This document shows positions 24,418-32,057 of a stretch of 36,672 nt of DNA, piece after piece. Made by a program: the position numbers and the translations under genes. Each line of letters opens with the position of its first letter. Within the stretch, counting starts at the first letter, position 1. The stretch is from Bacteroidia bacterium (GTDB taxonomy: Bacteria > Bacteroidota > Bacteroidia > JABDFU01), in assembly GCA_016787005.1 (NCBI GenBank), contig JAEUTS010000340.1:1-36672 (forward strand), given 5' to 3'. The notes under the pieces are model-generated. The model worked only from the letters and a program-made list of their open reading frames with translations. It was not told where the DNA came from and searched no databases.

Positions 24418-26964
24418 ATGAAGCGACTGGCTTTTTTGATTTTATTTGCTCCACTTTCCGCTTTCTCACAGATTGAATTATCCGATTCCTCTAAAATTGA
24501 TTATGCCAATCCCAAAGAATACGAATTGGGCGGGATAGAATTTAAGGGGGCCGAGCACTTTGATAAACGTGTTTTAACCTTGCTTACCGGTCTCTCAATT
24601 GGTGAAAAGGTTGTAGTGCCCGGTGATAAGTTTGCAAAAGCCATTGAAAACCTTTGGAAACAGGGGCTTTTCGAGGACATTAATATAGAGGTTGCTAAAA
24701 GACAAGGCAACAATATTTTCATCAATATTTTTGTAGTGGAGCGTCCGAGGCTCTCCAAGTTTCAGTTAAAAGGTGTCAGTAAATCAGAGGCAGATGACCT
24801 TCGTTCAAAAGTAAAACTCGTGAAAGGTAAGGTTGTTACAGAATACCTTATTGCATCAAGTGTTTCAACAATTAAAAATTTTTTCATTAACAAAGGTTAT
24901 ATGAATGTAACTGTTAATGTTAAACAGGATGAGCGGGATAGTACATTGGCTAATAGTGTGGTTTTATATTTCAATATTAATAAAGGTCAGCGGATTAGAG
25001 TAAAAAAAATTATTTTTCATGGCACAAGTGTACTTACTGAACGCAAACTTAAAAAGGCCTTAAAAGAAACCAAAGAGAAAAAATGGTATAATGTATTTAA
25101 CTCCGGAAAGTACCTTGAAGAGAATTTTGAAAAAGACAAGCCGGGTATTATTGCCAAGTATAATGCCAGGGGGTATCGTGACGCGCATATTGTCAGAGAT
25201 ACCGTGTATCGTGTTGATCCGAACCATGTGAGCATAGAGATATGGATCGATGAAGGCCGTAAATATTATTTCCGCAATATTACCTGGGTGGGTAACACAA
25301 AGTATTCATCAAAGGAGCTGAGCAGTGTTTTGGGCATAAAGAAAGGTGATGTTTTTGATCAGAGTCAGCTCGATGCAAAGTTATACATGAATCCCAATGG
25401 GGGAGATGTGAGTTCTTTATATATGGATGACGGTTATCTGTTTTTTCAATTGAATCCTGTGGAAATACTTTCTGAGCACGACTCCATTGATCTTGAAATG
25501 CGAATTTATGAAGGAAAGCAGGCCATAATCAATAAAGTTACCGTAGTTGGAAATACCAAAACGAATGATCAGGTGATTATGCGTGAAATACGTACCAAGC
25601 CGGGCCTTTTGTTCAGACGTTCCGATATTATACGCAGCCAGCGCGAGCTTTCAACTCTCGGGTATTTTAATCCCGAAAAACTTTCCGTAAATCCTACGCC
25701 TAACCCGCAAAACGGAACGGTGGATATTGAATATGTTGTCGAAGAAAAGCCTTCTGATCAACTGGAGCTTTCCGGAGGTTTTGGCGCAGGGCGGATTGTG
25801 GGTACATTGGGTGTGTCATTTACTAATTTTTCTGCCCGAAATATGTGGAATGGCAGTGCCTGGAGGCCTTTGCCATCAGGTGATGGACAACGCTTGAGTT
25901 TGCGGGCGCAATCATACGGGGTAGGTTACCAATCGTATAATTTTTCATTTACTGAACCCTGGCTTGGAGGGAAAAAGCCTACCTCTTTAACAATGAGCCT
26001 TTTTCATTCAAACATAACAAATGGTGTAGGAAAAGAAAGTCCGCTTTTGCAACAATTACAAATGTTGGGTGGTTCAATTGGCATGGGTACCCGTTTAAAA
26101 TGGCCGGATGATTTTTTTAATCTTTATGGAGAAGTGAGTTACCAGTATTATAACCTGAATAATTACCTGACCAATGTGTCGTTAAGTAATGGATTTATAA
26201 ATAATATCAGTTTGAAAGGAAGTCTTTCGCGCAACTCAGTTGATGCTCCTATCTTCGCCCGGCGTGGCTCGAATATTTCATTAACAACTCAACTTACGCC
26301 ACCTTATTCACTTTTTAATAATTTGAATTATGCAGGTATGACCTCCCGGGAAAAGTACAAGTTTCTCGAGTATCAAAAGGTTAAATTCACGGCCGCTTGG
26401 TATACCTCACTGACCAATAAACGTGCAGCGGAGGGTAAAGATGCGAGAAACCTTGTCTTGTATACAAAGGCCGGTTTTGGATTTCTTGGTTCGTATAACT
26501 CTGCCGTCGGCATACCTCCATTTGAGCGATTTTTCCTTGGAGGCAGCGGTTTAACAGGGTTTAATCTGCTGAATGGTAATGAAATTATTGCTCTTCGCGG
26601 TTATGAAGATAAAAGTGCATACAGCGGTTCGGAAGGCTATCTGAAGGGGTCTGCTACCATATGCAAATACACAGCTGAATTGCGTTACCCGATTTCTTTA
26701 AATCCAAGTGCAACCCTTTATGCATTAGCTTTTGCTGAAGCCGGTAACTCCTGGGCTAATTTTAAGGAATTTAACCCTTTTAATGTAAAAAGATCGGCCG
26801 GCGTTGGTATTCGGATATTTCTACCCATGTTTGGTTTACTTGGCTTTGACTATGCCTGGGGTTTCGATCAAAGTGCATTTCCAACTTCAGGGCGTAATCC
26901 TCTTACAGGCCTGTATCAGGGGCAGTTTCACTTTACTATCGGCGGTTATTTGGGTGAGCTTTAA
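24418..26964 (+). CDS. bamA: Outer membrane protein assembly factor BamA
   Basis: ATG 24418 gives the signal peptide MKRLAFLILFAPLSAFSQ. Five POTRA-like repeats precede an Omp85 barrel. The 24373 start in the track is TTG. Confidence 0.9.
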   Translation: MKRLAFLILFAPLSAFSQIELSDSSKIDYANPKEYELGGIEFKGAEHFDKRVLTLLTGLSIGEKVVVPGDKFAKAIENLWKQGLFEDINIEVAKRQGNNIFINIFVVERPRLSKFQLKGVSKSEADDLRSKVKLVKGKVVTEYLIASSVSTIKNFFINKGYMNVTVNVKQDERDSTLANSVVLYFNINKGQRIRVKKIIFHGTSVLTERKLKKALKETKEKKWYNVFNSGKYLEENFEKDKPGIIAKYNARGYRDAHIVRDTVYRVDPNHVSIEIWIDEGRKYYFRNITWVGNTKYSSKELSSVLGIKKGDVFDQSQLDAKLYMNPNGGDVSSLYMDDGYLFFQLNPVEILSEHDSIDLEMRIYEGKQAIINKVTVVGNTKTNDQVIMREIRTKPGLLFRRSDIIRSQRELSTLGYFNPEKLSVNPTPNPQNGTVDIEYVVEEKPSDQLELSGGFGAGRIVGTLGVSFTNFSARNMWNGSAWRPLPSGDGQRLSLRAQSYGVGYQSYNFSFTEPWLGGKKPTSLTMSLFHSNITNGVGKESPLLQQLQMLGGSIGMGTRLKWPDDFFNLYGEVSYQYYNLNNYLTNVSLSNGFINNISLKGSLSRNSVDAPIFARRGSNISLTTQLTPPYSLFNNLNYAGMTSREKYKFLEYQKVKFTAAWYTSLTNKRAAEGKDARNLVLYTKAGFGFLGSYNSAVGIPPFERFFLGGSGLTGFNLLNGNEIIALRGYEDKSAYSGSEGYLKGSATICKYTAELRYPISLNPSATLYALAFAEAGNSWANFKEFNPFNVKRSAGVGIRIFLPMFGLLGFDYAWGFDQSAFPTSGRNPLTGLYQGQFHFTIGGYLGEL

Positions 26965-27038
26965 ACTTATGGCATGTTGTTTGATTAAATTTTTTAATTT
27001 CGCTTCGGTTTGTGCCGGGGCATAAAACAAAATTTAAC

Positions 27039-27593
27039 ATGAAAAAGACAATTATTTCGGCAGTACTAATGGTTATAACAACCACGGCTGCTCTTGCCCA
27101 AAAATTTGCATTTGTTGATACTGAATATATACTGGCTAATATTCCGGAGTATAAGCAGGCCCAGGCTGAGTTGGATAAAACATCAGTGAACTGGCAAAAG
27201 GAAATTGAAGCAAAGTATGCCGAGATTGATAAACTTTACAAAGCGTATCAGGCTGAACAAATATTGCTCACAGAGGATATGAAGAAGAAGAGAGAAGCTG
27301 AGATAGTGGGGAAAGAGAAAGAGGTGAAAGATCTGCAGAAGCAACACTTTGGGGTTGACGGAGACCTGTTCAAAAAGCGCCAGGAGTTGGTAAAACCAAT
27401 CCAGGATAAAGTATACAATGCGGTAAAAGAAATCGCGCAGAAGCAGACTTTTGCCGTTATCTTTGATAAATCAAGCGAATTGACGATGTTGTATACTAAT
27501 CCTAAATACGATAAAAGCGAGGAGGTTCTCGAGTCGATGGGCTACAAAGGCGGAACTAAAAAGGATGAAGTAAAAAGCACCAATAAAAAGTAA
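27039..27593 (+). CDS. OmpH/Skp-family periplasmic chaperone
   Basis: ATG 27039 gives a signal peptide, followed by a Lys/Glu-rich coiled coil. It lies directly downstream of bamA. Confidence 0.85.
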   Translation: MKKTIISAVLMVITTTAALAQKFAFVDTEYILANIPEYKQAQAELDKTSVNWQKEIEAKYAEIDKLYKAYQAEQILLTEDMKKKREAEIVGKEKEVKDLQKQHFGVDGDLFKKRQELVKPIQDKVYNAVKEIAQKQTFAVIFDKSSELTMLYTNPKYDKSEEVLESMGYKGGTKKDEVKSTNKK

Positions 27594-27618
27594 ACAATAA
27601 ATTATAAACCAAACTCAA

Positions 27619-28173
27619 ATGAACAAAACATTAAAGTTAGCTTTCGTTGCACTGGTTGCAATGTTAATCGGAACGAACATTCACGCGCAAAAGATCGGAC
27701 ATATTCGCCTTGATTCATTAATAAATTCAATGCCTGAGTCAAAAGATGCGAGACAAAAAGGAACAGAATATTATAACAAATTGGAGGAGCAGGTGAAAAT
27801 CATGTCAGGTGAGTTGCAAAGTAAATATGAGGATTACCAGAAGCAGGCTGCATCCATGTCAGATCTGATCAAACAAACAAAAGAGAAGGAATTGCAGGAT
27901 CTTCAAAAGCGTATCCAGGACTTCCAGGCGCAAGCCCAAAGCGATCTTCAGAAGAAGAACGATGAACTTTCGAAACCAATTTACGAAAAGGCAAATAAAG
28001 CCATTGCTGCTGTTGCTAAGGAAAATGGTTATAAATATATTCTCGATAGCAGCATCGGTTCAGTTGTTTATTCCGATCCGGCTGATGATGTTATGGCTTT
28101 GGTTATGAAAAAACTGGGTATCAGCGCAACGCCGGCACCGGTTAAGCAAACACCTGCGCCAACAGGTAAATAA
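27619..28173 (+). CDS. OmpH/Skp-family periplasmic chaperone (second copy)
   Basis: 184 aa with a signal peptide and coiled coil; a tandem paralogue of the preceding gene. Confidence 0.85.
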   Translation: MNKTLKLAFVALVAMLIGTNIHAQKIGHIRLDSLINSMPESKDARQKGTEYYNKLEEQVKIMSGELQSKYEDYQKQAASMSDLIKQTKEKELQDLQKRIQDFQAQAQSDLQKKNDELSKPIYEKANKAIAAVAKENGYKYILDSSIGSVVYSDPADDVMALVMKKLGISATPAPVKQTPAPTGK

Positions 28174-28186
28174 GGCTTGAAATTTT

Positions 28187-28230
28187 ATTCCGGATTAAAA
28201 GAATTCTGTTTCCTTTGATCCGGAATTTTT
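28187..28230 (+). terminator. Probable terminator after the uppS-bamA-skp-skp unit
   Basis: 9-bp stem ATTCCGGAT/ATCCGGAAT with a 22-nt loop, followed by TTTTTATTTTT. Confidence 0.45.
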
Positions 28231-28242
28231 ATTTTTACAAAT

Positions 28243-29070
28243 ATGACCAAAAGCACCAATAACTTAAGCCCCAACAATCCCATCGGAATATTCGATTCGG
28301 GCATTGGAGGTTTAACTGTTGCCCATGCCATTACCAAAGAACTACCCAATGAAAAATTAATTTATTTTGGCGACACAGCTCATTTGCCTTATGGGGATAA
28401 GTCGGCTGATTCAATAAAATATTATGCTATACGCATTTCGCAATTGTTGCTGCAAAAAAAATGCAAAATGATCGTTATTGCCTGTAATACGGCTTCATCA
28501 TTAGCTTATGAGACAGTGAAGGATTTTGTAGGCGGCCAGGCCCTGGTTGTAAATGTGATTGATCCTGTGGTAGAAGAGGTGGTGAATAAAAAGAAAATAA
28601 AACGTATTGGCGTTATCGGCACTAAAGGAACAATAAAATCTGATATCTATTCGCACAAAATAAGGCAGCACAATAGTAAACTGGATGTAGCCTCGCTTGC
28701 TACACCACTATTGGTTGGTATGATCGAAGAAGGATTTTTTAATAACAAGATCAGCCGCACTATTATCAATGATTATCTTTCACGTCCCAAGCTTCACAAG
28801 ATAGATTCAATTATTTTAGCCTGCACACATTTTCCACTCATTAAACCGGAGGTAGAAGAGTATTACAAAGGCAAAGTTGATATTATTGACTCAGCAGGTG
28901 TGGTTGCAAAACATGTAAAAGATCAGTTGAAGAAAAGAAAATTGACTAACACTCAGAAAAATCCCCAACACCAATTTTACGTTTCGGATTATACTAAATC
29001 ATTCGAAAAGAGTACCAAAGTTTTTTTTCGAAAAAAAATTAAACTGGAAGAGGTTGCGATCTGGAAGTAA
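28243..29070 (+). CDS. murI: Glutamate racemase
   Basis: IGIFDSGIGGLTV, the first catalytic Cys in ACNTAS, and the second in LACTHFP. Confidence 0.9.
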   Translation: MTKSTNNLSPNNPIGIFDSGIGGLTVAHAITKELPNEKLIYFGDTAHLPYGDKSADSIKYYAIRISQLLLQKKCKMIVIACNTASSLAYETVKDFVGGQALVVNVIDPVVEEVVNKKKIKRIGVIGTKGTIKSDIYSHKIRQHNSKLDVASLATPLLVGMIEEGFFNNKISRTIINDYLSRPKLHKIDSIILACTHFPLIKPEVEEYYKGKVDIIDSAGVVAKHVKDQLKKRKLTNTQKNPQHQFYVSDYTKSFEKSTKVFFRKKIKLEEVAIWK

Positions 29071-29081
29071 AATAGTATTCA

Positions 29082-29504
29082 TTAGTGCTCATCTCTTACA
29101 ATCGCCTCCGAATATAATTTGTCAAAATATCCTTTATCCTTAAAATCAACGCACCAGCCATTATTATCGTTGATAAATTGCCCATTCGCCCTGAATTCCC
29201 TTATGCTTTTGTTTTTAAAATATATGGCTATCCTGTAAATCGTAGGGTATTTTTTAAGTTCCTTGTTTGCAGGACTATTCCATTTGTCGACAAATGATTT
29301 TGCCTGCTCCTTACTTACACGCTTCCACACACATTGTGTTGTATCCGGCGGACGATAAGCTTTCAGCATTTCAATGGAATTAACGGCATATATATCTATT
29401 GGTACTTTTTCACCAGGTGGTTTTGGGATCGACAGTCCGGTAAATGTAAGAAAGACAGCAGAAGTTAAAACTATTATCCAACATATCTTCATAACTGTTT
29501 GCAT
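29082..29504 (-). CDS. Hypothetical exported or membrane-anchored protein
   Basis: 140 aa with an N-terminal hydrophobic segment and no recognised motif. It is the last gene of the gamma-CA/phhB unit. Confidence 0.5.
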   Translation of the reverse strand: MQTVMKICWIIVLTSAVFLTFTGLSIPKPPGEKVPIDIYAVNSIEMLKAYRPPDTTQCVWKRVSKEQAKSFVDKWNSPANKELKKYPTIYRIAIYFKNKSIREFRANGQFINDNNGWCVDFKDKGYFDKLYSEAIVRDEH

Positions 29505-29519
29505 TTAGTATAAAAATAC

Positions 29520-29804
29520 TTACGCTATAATTTCATCAATCTTCTTCGCCAGCGCAAAATCCTTTTCCGTGATCCCATTTGCATCATGAGTGTTCAGACG
29601 GACATTTAATTTATTGTAAACATTGCTCCAATCCGGGTGATGGTTCATTTTTTCCGCTTCAAAGCCTATCCTCACCATAGTGCTTAAAGCTTCTTTAAAA
29701 TTTTTAAAAACAAGATTTTTCTCAATGGCACCATTATTATATTTCCAGCCATTTACATTTTTCAACTCAGCTTGTATTTTGGTATCATCAAATTTTTCTC
29801 TCAT
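29520..29804 (-). CDS. phhB: Pterin-4-alpha-carbinolamine dehydratase
   Basis: 94 aa with the HHPDW...V...L.THD signature. Confidence 0.85.
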   Translation of the reverse strand: MREKFDDTKIQAELKNVNGWKYNNGAIEKNLVFKNFKEALSTMVRIGFEAEKMNHHPDWSNVYNKLNVRLNTHDANGITEKDFALAKKIDEIIA

Positions 29805-29863
29805 AGTTACAATTATTTAAAATAATGACACCCTTTCCTTCGCAGAAGGCAGGGGTAAGGAGG

Positions 29864-30376
29864 TCATTTAAACCATCCCGCGTACATAATATAATTATCC
29901 GCTATCCGGTTAATCTCACCTTTGATCAATTCCTGGTTAATATCCTTTACTTTTTTAGCGGGGACCCCGGCATATATAGAACCCGGTTCAACAATAGTAT
30001 TCTCAAGTACTACAGATCCGGCGGCGATAATAGTATTGCTGCCAATAACGGCTTTATCCATCACAATGGCACCCATTCCAATCAATACATCATCATGTAT
30101 GGTGCAGCCATGTACAATAGCATTGTGGCCAATTGACACATTATTGCCAATAGTTGTAGGGGCTTTTTGATATGTACAATGTATGCAGGCTCCATCCTGT
30201 ATATTTACTTTGTTGCCGATGCGTATACTGTTCACATCGCCACGCACAACTGTGTTGAACCACACGCTGCAGTTGTCACCCATTGCAACATCACCTACAA
30301 TAGTTGCATTTTCAGCCAGATAACAATCGTTTCCAAATTTTGGGGATATACCTTTAACGGGTTTTATGAGTGCCAT
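29864..30376 (-). CDS. Gamma-carbonic-anhydrase-like / hexapeptide-repeat protein (YrdA/PaaY-like fold)
   Basis: 170 aa with left-handed beta-helix hexapeptide repeats and a His triad context (RGD..SIRIG...IHC...GHNAIVHG). Confidence 0.8.
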   Translation of the reverse strand: MALIKPVKGISPKFGNDCYLAENATIVGDVAMGDNCSVWFNTVVRGDVNSIRIGNKVNIQDGACIHCTYQKAPTTIGNNVSIGHNAIVHGCTIHDDVLIGMGAIVMDKAVIGSNTIIAAGSVVLENTIVEPGSIYAGVPAKKVKDINQELIKGEINRIADNYIMYAGWFK

Positions 30377-30381
30377 TGTAC

Positions 30382-30468
30382 TATGAATTATGAATGAGTT
30401 ACGAATATACGAATGAAATTTGCAAAGACTTTATTGATTCGTACATTCGCATAAATTCGTAATTCGTA
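30382..30468. promoter_or_regulatory. Mirror-symmetric array of eight heptamers (4x TAYGAAT, spacer, 4x ATTCGYA) filling the divergent intergenic region
   Basis: Left arm: TATGAAT 30382-88 and 30389-95; TACGAAT 30400-06 and 30408-14. Centre: TTTGCAAA palindrome 30419-26. Right arm: ATTCGTA 30437-43, ATTCGCA 30445-51, ATTCGTA 30455-61 and 30462-68. Spacings mirror each other (7/11/8 versus 8/10/7). Confidence 0.6.
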
Positions 30469-30472
30469 GAAC

Positions 30473-31612
30473 ATGAAATTTGCTACAAAAGCTATTCACG
30501 CAGGGCAGGAGCCCGATCCAGCAACAGGCGCTATTATGACACCTGTTTTTCAAACTTCAACCTATGTGCAGGAATCGCCCGGTAAACATAAAGGGTATGC
30601 CTATGCGCGCGGAAAAAATCCGACACGGGTCGCTCTTGAAAAATGTATTGCGGAATTGGAAAATGCTAAATATGGTATCTGCTTTTCAAGCGGCATGGGA
30701 GCTGTTGACGCGGTTGCCAAGTTGTTGAAACCGGGCGATGAAGTTATCACAGGTAATGACTTGTATGGTGGAACGTACAGGATGTTCACCAAAGTGTATG
30801 CGAACTTTGGGATAAAATTTCATTTCATAGATCTTAATGACCTGAACAACATAAAAAAGTATATTAACGCTAATACAAAATTGCTTTGGATAGAAACGCC
30901 CACTAATCCGATGATGAATATTATTGACATACAGGCATGTTCTAAGATCGCTAAAGAGCATAAGCTCTTGCTGGCAGTTGATAACACATTCGCGTCTCCA
31001 TATCTGCAAACTCCCATGAACCTTGGCGCTGATATTGTCATGCATTCGGCAACAAAGTATTTGGGAGGACATTCCGATGTGGTGCTTGGGGCCTTGTGTG
31101 TGAATGATGAAAAGCTGAATGAACAGTTGTTCTTCATTTTAAATTCCTGCGGGGCTAATCCGGGACCTATGGATTGTTTCTTAGTACTTCGTGGTATTAA
31201 AACATTGCATGTACGCATGGATCGACATTGCTTTAATGGAAAAAGAATTGCAGAATATTTGCGTACTCACCCTAAAGTTGAAAAGGTAAATTGGCCCGGT
31301 TTTACTGATCACCCTGGTCATGCTATTGCCAAAAAACAAATGAGGGATTTTGGCGGAATGATCTCCTTCTCATTGAAGGGAAATAAGATTGACGAAGCAT
31401 TTAAAATTGCGTCGGGAATGAAAGTGTTTTCATTGGCCGAATCACTCGGTGGCGTTGAGTCTCTTATCAGCCATCCGGCAACCATGACTCATGCTTCAAT
31501 TCCAAAACCGGAGCGTGAAAAGGTAGGAGTAGTGGATTCGTTGCTGCGTTTAAGTGTTGGGATCGAGGATGTAGATGATCTGCTTGAAGATTTGAAACAG
31601 GGGCTTTCTTAG
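30473..31612 (+). CDS. Trans-sulfuration family PLP enzyme (cystathionine gamma-lyase/gamma-synthase/beta-lyase type)
   Basis: 379 aa. The PLP-lysine motif is SATKYLGGHSD, with RGKNPTR and a typical Cys/Met-metabolism PLP fold pattern. Substrate specificity cannot be assigned from sequence alone. Confidence 0.8.
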   Translation: MKFATKAIHAGQEPDPATGAIMTPVFQTSTYVQESPGKHKGYAYARGKNPTRVALEKCIAELENAKYGICFSSGMGAVDAVAKLLKPGDEVITGNDLYGGTYRMFTKVYANFGIKFHFIDLNDLNNIKKYINANTKLLWIETPTNPMMNIIDIQACSKIAKEHKLLLAVDNTFASPYLQTPMNLGADIVMHSATKYLGGHSDVVLGALCVNDEKLNEQLFFILNSCGANPGPMDCFLVLRGIKTLHVRMDRHCFNGKRIAEYLRTHPKVEKVNWPGFTDHPGHAIAKKQMRDFGGMISFSLKGNKIDEAFKIASGMKVFSLAESLGGVESLISHPATMTHASIPKPEREKVGVVDSLLRLSVGIEDVDDLLEDLKQGLS

Positions 31613-32057
31613 GTTCTGATTTTCATTATCGGCCAAGGCCTTCTCTTTTCAATGAATTCTGATTTTGAATTTTCGATTTTGTAATTTCTCATAAATCAAT
31701 TTACCAATTTTACGAAATCCCATCAATTGGCCATTACTATCATATAAAGCTGCTTTTTTACCCGTTTTTGTATTAAAATAGGTTAGCATAGTATTTAAAC
31801 AGAGCAATATAGACTTCCAATTTTGAAAATTAAATGGTTTGTAAATAGGTATATTCTGTTAGTATATTGTATTATGCATTATATGCGGGTTGTATTAATT
31901 GCTCATTACATTTATATAGAGTAAACTTAAAGTTGACGAAAAGCCGGCGAGAATTGATTTTTCACCTTTGTTTCATCAAATTTATTTCGTAACTTAGATA
32001 GAATAGGTAAATTGAGAAAGTGATTTTTGTGAGTAAACCATTTAATACGTATTTAAT

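Noticed and set aside
29864-30376. Hexapeptide protein as PaaY of the nearby paa cluster
   Set aside because: It is on the opposite strand, about 4 kb from paaA, separated by two unrelated transcription units and a strong terminator. It heads its own operon with phhB, so the generic gamma-CA-like call is safer.
30377-30472. Possible SAM or other riboswitch upstream of the trans-sulfuration gene
   Set aside because: The region is only 96 bp, AT-rich, and fully explained by the heptamer palindrome. It shows none of the conserved multi-helix junction sequence expected of SAM-class riboswitches.
30601-31218. Three minus-strand ORFs (63, 128 and 132 aa) inside the trans-sulfuration gene
   Set aside because: They lie entirely within a well-supported PLP-enzyme CDS on the other strand and have no motifs, so I treat them as antisense shadow ORFs. 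The same reasoning applies to the other short track ORFs nested in atpB, phoH-like, SBP, typA, epimerase, DHS-like, bamA, nadK, M43 and paa genes.
31649-31789. 46-aa minus-strand ORF (MLTYFNTKTGKKAALYDSNGQLMGFRKIGKLIYEKLQNRKFKIRIH) in the AT-rich gap
   Set aside because: It has no -7 box or terminator, no recognisable motif, and lies in AT-rich sequence where ORFs of this length arise by chance. It is mentioned only as a low-priority check.
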